Positions 9,991 to 19,170 of a stretch of DNA of 64,000 nucleotides are shown here, piece by piece. The notes beneath the pieces are model-generated. The model ran no database searches, was not told the origin of the DNA, and saw nothing but the letters and a program-made list of their open reading frames with translations. The first letter of the stretch is position 1, and each line of letters begins with the position of its first letter. A program made the translations under genes and the position numbers. The stretch comes from Candidatus Latescibacterota bacterium (GTDB lineage Bacteria; Krumholzibacteriota; Krumholzibacteriia; WVZY01; JAKEHA01): assembly GCA_963707635.1 (NCBI GenBank), contig OY970173.1, positions 2,144,001 to 2,208,000 on the forward strand, read 5' to 3'.

Positions 9991-11082
9991 CTAGCGCGCC
10001 GAGAGGTGCAGGAGCGTGTCGACCTTGGAGCAAACCTCTTCAACCGACACCTGCTGGCCCCGCACACCCTGAATGATCTGCACCCAGGGGGTGGATTTTG
10101 GAAACCAGTTGGGACCATCGAAACGCGTGAAGAACCCGATGGTGGGCCGGTGCATGCCCACGGCGCAGTGGAAGAAATCCGTATTGCCCGCCAAGACTAG
10201 ATCGGCGCGCGACAGGAGCGCAAGCGCTTCCTTGACGTTCTTGGGCTCCAGGTCGATCAAGTCGGCGTTCAAGAGCGATCGAAAGCGGGCCATCCCCTTC
10301 GCGTCGAGGTTGTTGGAGAGCACGATCACCTTCGCGCCGTGACGGCGCGCGACCTCGTTGGCGATGTACGCGAGCGCCGTGTCGACCAGGCGATGGCGAC
10401 CCTTGCCGACCCCCGGGTCGACCACTAGGAGCATCGTGTCCTTGTCGGGCTTGCGGAAGTGGATCATCTGCGACGCCCAGCGCGCGTCGGTTTCCGGCAG
10501 CCGCCAGGCCGGCACGGAATCCCCCGGGCTCTGGCCCAGCACCGAGAGGAAGCTCAGCGACCGCGGCGCCTCGTACTGCGCCTGCCCGGACGGGCGGATC
10601 TCGCAGTTGACGAACGGATAGGTGAATCGCTGCGAGAAGCCGACGCGCAGGCGCGCGCGCGAGTACAGCGCCACCATCGAGCGCGCAAAGCTGAATTCGC
10701 GTCCCAGCAGGAAGACGATGTCGAACCCGCGCCCCTTGATGCGTTTCAGGAGCGCCAGGTAGGCGGTGGAGAGAAACGACAGCTGGTCTTCCTCGTACGA
10801 AATGATCTCACTGATCTGCTCGAGCGTGCGGAGCATCTCCCCGTTGCCGTGGCGCACGAGCACGGTGAACTTCATGCCCGGGTAGCGGTGCTTGAGGTGG
10901 TTTAAGACCGGGGCGAAGAAGAGCAGTTCCGTCAGGTCGCCGGAGTCGACGACGAGGACGCGGCTGGTGTTGTTGATGTCGCGCGGCAGCGAGAACGACT
11001 CGCGCCGAACCATCCGGCCCAGGATGGGGGTAAGCATCCCCACCATCTGGTCGCGGCGTTCTGTCAGGGTGGTGGTGGTCAC
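9991..11082 (-). CDS. Divergent glycosyltransferase family 9 protein
   Basis: GT9-like layout (LKHRYPG, RLRVGF, ADLVLAGNTDFFHCAVGMHRPTIGFF), but the canonical LGD and DSG motifs are altered. Confidence 0.7.
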   Translation of the reverse strand: MTTTTLTERRDQMVGMLTPILGRMVRRESFSLPRDINNTSRVLVVDSGDLTELLFFAPVLNHLKHRYPGMKFTVLVRHGNGEMLRTLEQISEIISYEEDQLSFLSTAYLALLKRIKGRGFDIVFLLGREFSFARSMVALYSRARLRVGFSQRFTYPFVNCEIRPSGQAQYEAPRSLSFLSVLGQSPGDSVPAWRLPETDARWASQMIHFRKPDKDTMLLVVDPGVGKGRHRLVDTALAYIANEVARRHGAKVIVLSNNLDAKGMARFRSLLNADLIDLEPKNVKEALALLSRADLVLAGNTDFFHCAVGMHRPTIGFFTRFDGPNWFPKSTPWVQIIQGVRGQQVSVEEVCSKVDTLLHLSAR

Positions 11083-11112
11083 GGTGGGTTCCCGTCGAAA
11101 CGCCTATAGCTG

Positions 11113-11129
11113 TGCAAGATAGAGGCCAG
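11113..11129 (-). promoter_or_regulatory. Putative sigma-54 (-24/-12) promoter for the GT9/msbA LPS cluster
   Basis: Minus strand CTGGCCTCTATCTTGCA (GG-N10-GC, TTGCA), ~30 nt upstream of the 11082 start. Confidence 0.45.
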
Positions 11130-11162
11130 TTACCCGGTCGGGCTTCTGGAGAGAGCGCACCC

Positions 11163-13529
11163 TTATTCCTTCTCCCAGACCAGGGTCCGGTCGAGGGCCT
11201 CACTGGCCCGGTGCATGGCGACCAACTTCAAGTCTTTCTTGATGATATCGGGGATCTCGTCCAGGTCCCGCCGGTTGGCGTCCGGGAACAGGACGGTCCG
11301 GATCCCGGCCCGGTGGGCGGCGATCACCTTGTCCTTGAGACCCCCGATGGCCAGGACCTGGCCCGTCAGCGTGATCTCCCCGGTCATGGCGAAGTCGTTG
11401 CGGACCGGACGGTCGAACAGGAGCGACGCGATCGTGACCGCGATCGCCACCCCGGCGCTGGGGCCGTCCTTGGGGACCGATCCGGCCGGCACGTGGATGT
11501 GGATGTCGTGCGTCTCGAAGAAATCGCGTTCCTTCGCCTTCGCGAGGTAGTGCGACGCGACGTACGACAGCGCGGCCTCCGCGCTCTCGCGCATCACATC
11601 GCCGAGCTGTCCGGTCAGACGCAGCCGGCCCGCGCCCTTCATCTTCACCGCCTCGATGAACAGGATCTCGCCGCCGTCGAAGGTCTTGGCCAGCCCGGTC
11701 ACCACGCCCACCGTGGGACGCTTGCGGGCGATCTCGCTGTGGTACTCCTCCTGCCCCAGGAACGTCGACACGCTGCGCTCGGTGATGCGCACCGGGCGCT
11801 TGTTCCCGCTCGCGATGCGGCGCGCGATCTTGCGGCAGATCGCCCCGTGCTTGCGCTCGAGCTCGCGCACGCCGGCCTCGCGCGTGTAGCGACGAATGAT
11901 CTGCCGGTGCCCTTCGTCGGTCACCTTCAAGAGCTTGGGCGGAATGCCGTTCTCGTCCATCTGCCGCGGCAGCAGGTATTTCTTCGCAATCTCGAGTTTG
12001 TCCAGGGTGATGTAGCCCGGGATCTCGATCACCTCCATGCGATCGAGCAGCGGCCGCGGGATGGAATCGAGCACGTTCGCGGTGGCGATGAACAGGACCT
12101 TCGAGAGGTCGAAGGGAATGTTGAGATAGTGATCCTCGAACGAGTCGTTCTGCGCCGGGTCGAGGACCTCCAGCAGCGCCGCGGCCGGGTCGCCGCGGAA
12201 ATCGGCGCCCAGCTTGTCGATCTCGTCCAGCATGAAGACGGGGTTGTTGCTCCCCGCGGTGCGCATCCCCTGCAGGATCCGCCCCGGCAGCGCCCCGATG
12301 TAGGTGCGCCGGTGGCCGCGGATCTCGGCTTCGTCGCGCATCCCCCCGAGCGAAATGCGTACGAACTTCCTCCCCATCGCGCGGGCGATCGACTTCCCCA
12401 GCGAGGTCTTGCCCACCCCGGGCGGCCCCGCGAAACAGATGATCGACCCCTTCATCGACTGCTTGAGTTTCTTCACCGACAGGAACTCGAGGATGCGCTC
12501 CTTCACGCGCTCGAGGTCGTAGTGATCCTCGTTGAGGATCTTCTCCGCCTCCGCGACGTCGAGGCTGTCGTCGGTCGACACGCTCCAGGGCAGATCCAGG
12601 ATCCAGTCGATGTAGGTCTTCGAGACCGTGTACTCCGCCGCCCCCGGCGACATTTTCTGCAGGCGATCGAGTTCCTTGAGCGCGACCTCGTGGACGCTTT
12701 CGGGCAGCTTGGCCGCGTCGATCTTGGTGCGCAGCTCCTCGGTCTCCACCGTGCGGTCGTCCTCCTCGCCGAGCTCGCGCCGGATGGCCTTCAGCTGCTG
12801 GCGCAGGTAGTACTCGCGCTGCTCGCGATCCATTTCGCGCTTCACGTCCGCCTGGAGTTTCTTGCCGAGCTTCTGCACTTCCATCTCGTCGGCGAGAAAA
12901 CGGGCGAGCAGCTTCAGGCGTTCGGTGGCGTCGACCTCCTCGAGCAGCTTCTGCTTGCGATCGAGCTCGATGTTGAGGTTGGTCGCCACCACGTCGGCGA
13001 GGCGCCCGCCTTCCTTGATGTTGTTGATGATGATCTTCAGTTCGTCCGCGAGCGTGTCGGAGTCGTCCACCATCTTGGTGAAGGTCCGGATCACGTTCTG
13101 GACGTAGGCCTTGTGCACGTCGCTGTCGCGCTCCAGCTCGGCCAGCGGCCGGACGCGGCCCTTGAGGTACGGGACCACCTGGGTCACCTCGTCGAGGCGG
13201 ATGCGCCCGATCCCCTGCGCCAGCAGGCGCATTTCCCCGTTCGGGAAGCGAATCATCTTCTGGATCTGGATCGCGGTCCCCACCTTATAAATGTCGTCCG
13301 GCCCCGGCTGCTCGGTCTCCGGGTTGCGCTGGGTGAAGGCGCCGATGATCTTGTGTTCGGCGAGGGCCTCGTCGGCCAGCCGCAGCAGGTTGGGGTCCCG
13401 CAGGATCAGCGGGACCATCATCAGCGGAAACACGACCGCGTCGTTGATGGGCAGGATGGCGAGCTCGCTCGGAATGCTGCTCGTCGCAACACCCGGCTCC
13501 TCGAACTCGAGAGTGCTCCGCGATTTCAC
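11163..13529 (-). CDS. lon: ATP-dependent protease La (Lon)
   Basis: Lon N-domain, GPPGVGKTS, RRTYIGALPG, DPAAALLEVLD, PKDGPSAG, MTGEITLTG. Confidence 0.97.
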   Translation of the reverse strand: MKSRSTLEFEEPGVATSSIPSELAILPINDAVVFPLMMVPLILRDPNLLRLADEALAEHKIIGAFTQRNPETEQPGPDDIYKVGTAIQIQKMIRFPNGEMRLLAQGIGRIRLDEVTQVVPYLKGRVRPLAELERDSDVHKAYVQNVIRTFTKMVDDSDTLADELKIIINNIKEGGRLADVVATNLNIELDRKQKLLEEVDATERLKLLARFLADEMEVQKLGKKLQADVKREMDREQREYYLRQQLKAIRRELGEEDDRTVETEELRTKIDAAKLPESVHEVALKELDRLQKMSPGAAEYTVSKTYIDWILDLPWSVSTDDSLDVAEAEKILNEDHYDLERVKERILEFLSVKKLKQSMKGSIICFAGPPGVGKTSLGKSIARAMGRKFVRISLGGMRDEAEIRGHRRTYIGALPGRILQGMRTAGSNNPVFMLDEIDKLGADFRGDPAAALLEVLDPAQNDSFEDHYLNIPFDLSKVLFIATANVLDSIPRPLLDRMEVIEIPGYITLDKLEIAKKYLLPRQMDENGIPPKLLKVTDEGHRQIIRRYTREAGVRELERKHGAICRKIARRIASGNKRPVRITERSVSTFLGQEEYHSEIARKRPTVGVVTGLAKTFDGGEILFIEAVKMKGAGRLRLTGQLGDVMRESAEAALSYVASHYLAKAKERDFFETHDIHIHVPAGSVPKDGPSAGVAIAVTIASLLFDRPVRNDFAMTGEITLTGQVLAIGGLKDKVIAAHRAGIRTVLFPDANRRDLDEIPDIIKKDLKLVAMHRASEALDRTLVWEKE

Positions 13530-13578
13530 CGATTGCTCCTCCGGGCCGGCACCCGCGTGCGCGCGGGTCGGCGGCGCG

Positions 13579-14037
13579 TCATTCGATGGCCACCCGGCGT
13601 CGTCCCGGGCTCTCGTTCTTCTTCTGCAGGCGAATCTCGAGCAGGCCGTTCGCGTAGCGCGTCGACAGACTCTGGCTGTCTACCGGCACCGGAATGCCGA
13701 TCAGGCGCTGAAACGGCCCCACCTGGATCTCGAGGGAATGAAATTGCTTCTTTCCGGGGGGGATCAAGTCTTTGCGGACACCGCTGATGCGGACGATGTT
13801 GCCGTCAGTGACGACCGTGATGTCACTGCGCTCCATTCCGGAGATATCCATGATCACGATGAACTCGGTGTCGGTTTCGAAGACGTTCATCGGCGGTTCC
13901 CACCCGAAGCTGGTCTTCATCTTGATCTTGTGCTTCGCGGGGGTGTGCTCGGACATCAGCATCTCGAGCAGTTCCCGGATGTTGTCGAACTCGTTCGTGC
14001 GGTAGGCAATCCGCGCGTGGCTCATCTTCGGGATCAT
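13579..14037 (-). CDS. Hsp20/alpha-crystallin small heat shock protein
   Basis: WEPPMNVFET, ISGVRK, EIQVGPFQRLIGIP, YANGLLEIRL; strong SD GGAGGGG. Confidence 0.9.
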   Translation of the reverse strand: MIPKMSHARIAYRTNEFDNIRELLEMLMSEHTPAKHKIKMKTSFGWEPPMNVFETDTEFIVIMDISGMERSDITVVTDGNIVRISGVRKDLIPPGKKQFHSLEIQVGPFQRLIGIPVPVDSQSLSTRYANGLLEIRLQKKNESPGRRRVAIE

Positions 14038-14042
14038 GGATC

Positions 14043-14062
14043 TCCCCTCCTCACGAGGGCAA
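14043..14062 (-). promoter_or_regulatory. Putative ROSE-like RNA thermometer hairpin masking the hsp20 SD
   Basis: mRNA UUGCCCUC-GUGAG-GAGGGGA: a CCCUC/GAGGG stem with a bulged G, followed by U-G and U-A pairs. Confidence 0.45.
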
Positions 14063-14110
14063 TAAAGGCATAACCAGCGACGCCGCCGTGCATTACAACG
14101 GCTGGCGTTG

Positions 14111-14140
14111 ACAATACCGGCGGCGAACGAGCGGTGTCAA
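14111..14140 (-). promoter_or_regulatory. Sigma-70-type promoter of hsp20-lon
   Basis: TTGACA-N18-TATTGT on the minus strand. Confidence 0.65.
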
Positions 14141-14190
14141 GCAAAGCCGGCCCGCCGCAGGCGGCAACCGCGGCAACGGCTTCGCCGGCG

Positions 14191-14664
14191 TCAGGGGGAA
14201 CGCAGCGACGGCTGGGTGACGCCCCGCGCCCAGGCCGGGAGCGGAGGCGGGGAATCGGGGTGGAGCGCGTCCACCGGGTCGCCGGAGGCAACGTTGCGGC
14301 TGGATTCCCATTCCACCAGCTCGTTGCCGACGAACACGAACTCGTAGCGGACCCAGTCGACCGCGTTGTCGTCGAGGAGCACGTAGCCCCAGCGTTCCCG
14401 GTTGCGGAGCGTAGAGACCGAACGCTCATCGGGAATTCCCCAGGATGCCAGCACTTCGTAGAGGCTCATCCCCTTGACGATTTCACTGCGGACGATGTGG
14501 TCGTTGTAGCGGCCATCCGGGTAGAAGCGAAGGTACTCCTCGCGGATCTGACGGATGGCGGCGGTTTCGGTCCGCGACGGGGGCGACGACGCGCACGCGG
14601 GCAGCGCGAGTGCAATCAACCACAACCATCGTGCGCGAACGCGACGAGCTGCGCGGGGACGCAT
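14191..14664 (-). CDS. Hypothetical lipoprotein, SmpA/OmlA(BamE)-like pattern
   Basis: Lipobox LALPAC; GMSLYEVLASWGIPD...ERWGY...FVFVGNELVEW; RBS GAGGAGG. Confidence 0.6.
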   Translation of the reverse strand: MRPRAARRVRARWLWLIALALPACASSPPSRTETAAIRQIREEYLRFYPDGRYNDHIVRSEIVKGMSLYEVLASWGIPDERSVSTLRNRERWGYVLLDDNAVDWVRYEFVFVGNELVEWESSRNVASGDPVDALHPDSPPPLPAWARGVTQPSLRSP

Positions 14665-14799
14665 GGGGGCCTCCTCAAGGTGCGATTTCCGGTAATGCCG
14701 CGCGATGGCGCGCGCGCGCGAGTTCTATCCGGCCGTGCCGAACGTGCTCCGGTGTGGCGGACACGCTTGCACAAAGCGTCCCAATTGCGCGGGTGCGCG

Positions 14800-16317
14800 C
14801 TAGTCTTTTCGGAAGAAATGAATCGCGGTGACGCCGGCGAACTCGAGAGTCTCGGCCGGACGGTAGCGGGACTGGATCTCGGCCAGCACACGCCCGTCGA
14901 AGTCATCGACCCACGGGCGCGCGCGGATGTACCACAGCGACGCGCACGACGCGGACATGTCGGAGAGCTGCCGGTCCATCACGGCCGGGGCGTCGCGGTA
15001 CACGTAGTGGAGGGGCGCGTCGCTCTCCCGATAGTGCGCCACGATCTGCCAGACCGTGGGCGCGAACAGGCACTCGCCGGGCGCGAGCCGCTCCTCTACC
15101 GCGCGCACGGCGCCGCGGACGTCCTCCTTCGCGTAGGCGGGATCGAAGTAGTGGTTCTCGAGCGACAGCGCGCACGTGCCCAGCGCGAGCGCGGCCGGAA
15201 CCCAGGCCCGCGCGCGTCCCAGCACCTCGATGCCCACCGCCGCCAAAGCGAGATACGCGGGCAACCCCACCAGCACGTAGCGCGCGTTGAACGCCTTTGC
15301 GTTCTGCCAGTTCAGCACCAGGGTCGCGGCCAGCGGGACGACGATGAAGGCGAGCATTTCCACCACGCTTCCCCACCCGAACCGGCGCGCACCTCCGACG
15401 CACCCCGCCACCAACAGCGCGCCGAATACCGCCGCCACCCACACCACCGTGGCGGCGTGGCGTTGGAGCACGGCTGCCAGCGACGCGTCGTCGTGGAGCT
15501 CGCGCAGCGACGGGCCGAGGGTGAATCCCACGCTGTAGGTGTACGCGAGATACGGAACCGACTCCAGGCGAACGGTGGTGTCGCCCCGCAACCGCTGCGC
15601 GGGTTCGATCTCGCCCGGAAGCACCGGCGTCGCCAGCCGGGAAAAGTCGACGTAGGTCGTTACCCGGTAGATCCACGGGGAGATCAGCGCCGCCGCCAGC
15701 GCGACCGTTACCGCCCAGCGCGCCCAGCTCGTCCGCGTCCACCCGCCGCGCCGCAGCCAGACCAGCGACTGCACCGCCAGCGCGAACACGGTCGAGAAAT
15801 TCGAGAGCGCTGCCGCGGCCACGCACGCGGCGATCGCGAGCGCGCGCGCCGGCGACCAGCGTGCCAGCGCGCGGTCGATCTGCACGCAGCCCAGCAGCAC
15901 GAAAAAGACGGCGAACGCGTAGTTGCGGAGCTCCTGCGAGTAGTAGACGTGGAGTGGATTGACCGCCAGCAGCAGCGCCGACCAGAGCGCCACCCGGTCG
16001 CCGAAGCGCGGCCGCGTCCACGCGAACAGGAGCGGCACCGACGCGGTGCCCGCCAGTGCGCTCGGGAGGCGCAGCCACCCGTCGGACTCGTTCACGGCGC
16101 GAAACAGGAATACGACGAAGGTGTGGAGCGGTCCGTGCACGTTGTGCAGGAGCAGTTGCCAGATGGGGTAGCCCGGCTTGGGCGTGGCCACCGTGAGCGT
16201 GAGCATCTCGTCCACCCACAGACTCTGGTGGCCGAGATGAAAGAGGCGCAGGATCGCGGCGAGCGCCACGATGGCGGCGAGCAGCGCGCGCGTGCGATTG
16301 GCGGGATGGGCGTTCAT
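14800..16317 (-). CDS. GT-C (family 39/ArnT/PMT-like) membrane glycosyltransferase
   Basis: LRLFHLGHQSLWVDE, HGPLH, LRLPSAL, NPLHVYYSQELRNYA, many TM helices. Confidence 0.82.
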   Translation of the reverse strand: MNAHPANRTRALLAAIVALAAILRLFHLGHQSLWVDEMLTLTVATPKPGYPIWQLLLHNVHGPLHTFVVFLFRAVNESDGWLRLPSALAGTASVPLLFAWTRPRFGDRVALWSALLLAVNPLHVYYSQELRNYAFAVFFVLLGCVQIDRALARWSPARALAIAACVAAAALSNFSTVFALAVQSLVWLRRGGWTRTSWARWAVTVALAAALISPWIYRVTTYVDFSRLATPVLPGEIEPAQRLRGDTTVRLESVPYLAYTYSVGFTLGPSLRELHDDASLAAVLQRHAATVVWVAAVFGALLVAGCVGGARRFGWGSVVEMLAFIVVPLAATLVLNWQNAKAFNARYVLVGLPAYLALAAVGIEVLGRARAWVPAALALGTCALSLENHYFDPAYAKEDVRGAVRAVEERLAPGECLFAPTVWQIVAHYRESDAPLHYVYRDAPAVMDRQLSDMSASCASLWYIRARPWVDDFDGRVLAEIQSRYRPAETLEFAGVTAIHFFRKD

Positions 16318-16397
16318 GCGTCGCGCCGCCGTGACAACGCGCCGCTCGCCGGCGTGCTATACTCCACCACCGTGCGGCCCTCCGATCCGCGCGTGTC

Positions 16398-17318
16398 GTG
16401 AACACGGACGTCGAACACAATCTGCACGTCGGACCCGCCGGGTGGCACTACGACGACTGGGACGGCGTCGTCTACCCGCTCCCGCGGCCGCGTGGGTTCG
16501 ACCCGCTCGCCTATCTCGCATCGTACTTCAACCTCATCGAAATCAACAGTACGTTCTATAACACGCCTGCCGCGCACGTCTGCCGACGCTGGCTCGAGCG
16601 CGTGCGCGCGCGCGCGGACTTTCGATTCACGGTCAAGGCGCACCATTCGCTGACCCACCGCCGCGGCCCCGAGTCGTCGGCGGAGCTGCCGGCCGTGCGG
16701 CGCGCGCTGGAGCCGTTCGTCGACGCGGACCGCCTCGGCGCCGTGCTGCTCCAGTTTCCGTGGTCGTTTCGCTTCGACGCGGACGCACGCGCGCACGTGG
16801 ACGCCCTGCTCGACGCCTTCGGCGACACGCCCGTCGCGCTGGAAGTGCGCCACGGCAGCTGGGAGTCGCCGCCCGCCACCGAGTATCTCGCGGGGCGTTC
16901 CGTCACGGTGTGCGGCATCGATCAGCCCGTGATCGGCGACTCGCTCCACCCGTACCGTTTCCAGGCGGGTCGCGCGGGCGCCTACTTTCGACTGCACGGC
17001 CGCAACTACCGGGAGTGGTTTGCCGCCGACGCAGGGCGCGACGCGCGCTACGATTACCTCTACTCCGACGCCGAACTCTCTCCGTGGGTGGACGTCGTGC
17101 GCAGCGCCGCGCAAAGCGGGACACCCGTGTTCGTCGTGCTCAACAACCATTTCCGCGGCAAGGCGCCCGCCAACGCCTTCGCAATGGCGGCGATGTTGCT
17201 TGGGCGCGCGCTGCCCGCCCCCACCCAGCTGCGCCGCGAGTACCCGCAGATCGAGTCGTGGACGTTCGCCGCGGATCACCCCCCGGGCGCGCGTGCACAG
17301 GACCTGTTTGGCGGGTAA
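16398..17318 (+). CDS. DUF72 domain-containing protein (YecE/YunF-like)
   Basis: GWHYDDWDGVVYP, IEINSTFY, LLQFP, EVRHGSW, YFRLHGRN, YDYLYS, NNH. Confidence 0.92.
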   Translation: MNTDVEHNLHVGPAGWHYDDWDGVVYPLPRPRGFDPLAYLASYFNLIEINSTFYNTPAAHVCRRWLERVRARADFRFTVKAHHSLTHRRGPESSAELPAVRRALEPFVDADRLGAVLLQFPWSFRFDADARAHVDALLDAFGDTPVALEVRHGSWESPPATEYLAGRSVTVCGIDQPVIGDSLHPYRFQAGRAGAYFRLHGRNYREWFAADAGRDARYDYLYSDAELSPWVDVVRSAAQSGTPVFVVLNNHFRGKAPANAFAMAAMLLGRALPAPTQLRREYPQIESWTFAADHPPGARAQDLFGG

Positions 17319-17320
17319 CG

Positions 17321-19042
17321 TCAGCGCAGGGCGAGAACCAGCAGGGCCGCAATGACGAGCACGGCCGCAGCGCCGGCGTAGAGCGCGCGGCGAACGCCGG
17401 GGCGGCGCCACGCGCGGGCGGCCGCGGCGGGCGCGGCCGGTTGGCCATCGAGCGGGTTTTCGGATGGGTTGGCGAAACCGCTATGCATGCCCGGCACGTC
17501 GATCTTGTCGGTCTTGTCGAACAGGCGCAGGCAGATCGAGCAGAACCTGGCGTCGGCCTCTTCCTCCCATCCGCACCGCGGGCACAGGATGCCGCCCGTC
17601 GTCGAACGCCGCTCGACGGTCTTGCCCGCGGGGTCCGAACGCAGCGTCGATTCCGGCCCCGGCGCGTCGGGCGTCGGCACCCGGTCGTCGATCACCTCGA
17701 GCCGTGCCGTTCCACCCAGCTCTTCGATCACCGAAATCAGCCATCGCGCCTTCTTATAGGGAATCCGCTGCATGATGATGCACGGCGCGCGCGACACCAG
17801 CGACCGCATCCGCGGCAGCGGCGACTTCAGCCGCATCGACAGCTTGAGAGCGAACGTCTCCGCGGTTTCGACGTTGGGGTCGATCGCCTGGAGGATGACC
17901 AGGTATTCCGCGTTGGGGTCGGCCGCGGGCGCCGCTTTGGTCGGGGTCTTGCGCGTCGGGGTGACGCCGGCAACCGGAATCTCTTCGCTCACGACCGGTG
18001 CGCCCAGCTTGGCCAGCGACGCCTTCGCCCCTTCGTCCCCCGGGTCCAGATAGAGCACCTTGCGATAATGGAGGATGGCCGCGTCGCGGGCGCGATTGCG
18101 CGGGTTTCCCGCGGGTGCATCCCCCGCCAGCCGTTCGAGCAGGCTGTGGTTCACAGCATCGGTATAGCCGACCGGGTCGCTGACGAACTTGCCCAGCGTG
18201 CGCTGATCGCGCCGCAGGCCGTAGCGGTCCATGAGCGCCTCGAGGTCCATGATCACCTCGGAGGCATGGGCGTATCGCTCCGCCAGCGGCTTCGCCAGGA
18301 GCCTCGACACCACCAGTTCGATCGGGGGCTCGATCATCGGATTGATCGAGCTGATCGCGGGAGGATTCTGGCGCTGAATCTGGTCGACGACTTCGCCGTA
18401 ACTCGACCCCGAAAAGGGACGGCGCCCGCAGAGCAGCTCGAAGGCGACGACTCCGAGCGAAAACAGATCGCTCTGGGTGCCCACCGGCTCGCCGCGGGTC
18501 TGTTCGGGAGACATGTAGGCGGGCGTTCCCACCACCTTGCCCGGCTGCGTGACCACGACGAACTTGTCGACCGACTTGGCCAGACCGAAATCCGCGACCT
18601 TGATCGCCCCCTGCCGGGTGAGAATGACGTTGGCCGGCTTGATGTCGCGGTGGACGAGCTGGGCGGCGTGCGCCGCCTCGAGTCCCCCGCACACGCTGAG
18701 CACGATGGAAAGCGCCACGTCGAGCGGAAGGCGCGGCTGGTTGCGCAGGAGTTCCTCGACGGTGAGCCCGTCGTAGTACTCCATCACGATGTAGTAGGAC
18801 GAATCCGCTTTTCCGTAGTCGACAACATTGACAATGTTGTCGTGCTGGACCTTCGCCGCGACCTCCGCTTCCTGCTGGAAGCGCGCGATGAAGCGACTGT
18901 CCGCCGCGAGGTGCGGGAGCAGTACCTTGATCGCAACCGGCTTCTTTACGGAGAGTTTTCGCGCCTTGTAGACGACCGCCATTCCGCCGACGGCGATCTG
19001 CTCGAAGGAGTCGTATCCGTAGATTCGTAGGGTCGCCTGCAT
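17321..19042 (-). CDS. Hanks-type Ser/Thr protein kinase with L7/L12-CTD-like domain, zinc ribbon and C-terminal TM helix
   Basis: GGMAVVYKA, VAIKVL, HRDIKPAN, DFGLA, GTPAYMSPEQ; CPRC...CSIC; hydrophobic C-terminus. Confidence 0.9.
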   Translation of the reverse strand: MQATLRIYGYDSFEQIAVGGMAVVYKARKLSVKKPVAIKVLLPHLAADSRFIARFQQEAEVAAKVQHDNIVNVVDYGKADSSYYIVMEYYDGLTVEELLRNQPRLPLDVALSIVLSVCGGLEAAHAAQLVHRDIKPANVILTRQGAIKVADFGLAKSVDKFVVVTQPGKVVGTPAYMSPEQTRGEPVGTQSDLFSLGVVAFELLCGRRPFSGSSYGEVVDQIQRQNPPAISSINPMIEPPIELVVSRLLAKPLAERYAHASEVIMDLEALMDRYGLRRDQRTLGKFVSDPVGYTDAVNHSLLERLAGDAPAGNPRNRARDAAILHYRKVLYLDPGDEGAKASLAKLGAPVVSEEIPVAGVTPTRKTPTKAAPAADPNAEYLVILQAIDPNVETAETFALKLSMRLKSPLPRMRSLVSRAPCIIMQRIPYKKARWLISVIEELGGTARLEVIDDRVPTPDAPGPESTLRSDPAGKTVERRSTTGGILCPRCGWEEEADARFCSICLRLFDKTDKIDVPGMHSGFANPSENPLDGQPAAPAAAARAWRRPGVRRALYAGAAAVLVIAALLVLALR

Positions 19043-19170
19043 GCCGTGTCCTCGCCCAGGGGGCGGCTACAGGCATGCAGGGATCGTACCACGCAGCGCG
19101 GCCCGGACGGGCGACCTGCAGTTATGCACGAAGCAATCGTTATAATCTACAGTTAAATAATTACTTGTGA

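Noticed and set aside
6995..10033. 1012-aa ORF suggesting a large fusion with a heptosyltransferase
   Set aside because: The N-terminal part is an off-frame overlap with msbA; the real gene starts at 8095. The same artefact inflates ORFs 1540..3405, 33865..36060, 42558..43988 and 60870..62744.
11112..13787. 891-aa plus-strand ORF antisense to lon
   Set aside because: Shadow frame caused by high-GC codon bias; no recognisable motifs.
14754..14771. TGGCGGACACGCTTGCA sigma-54-like site
   Set aside because: GG-GC spacing is 11 rather than 10, and it points antisense to the flanking genes.
19130..19160. dif-like sequence (ATAATCTACAGTTAAAT)
   Set aside because: Only GTTAAAT of the XerD arm matches; the TTAT and a correctly spaced XerC arm are missing.
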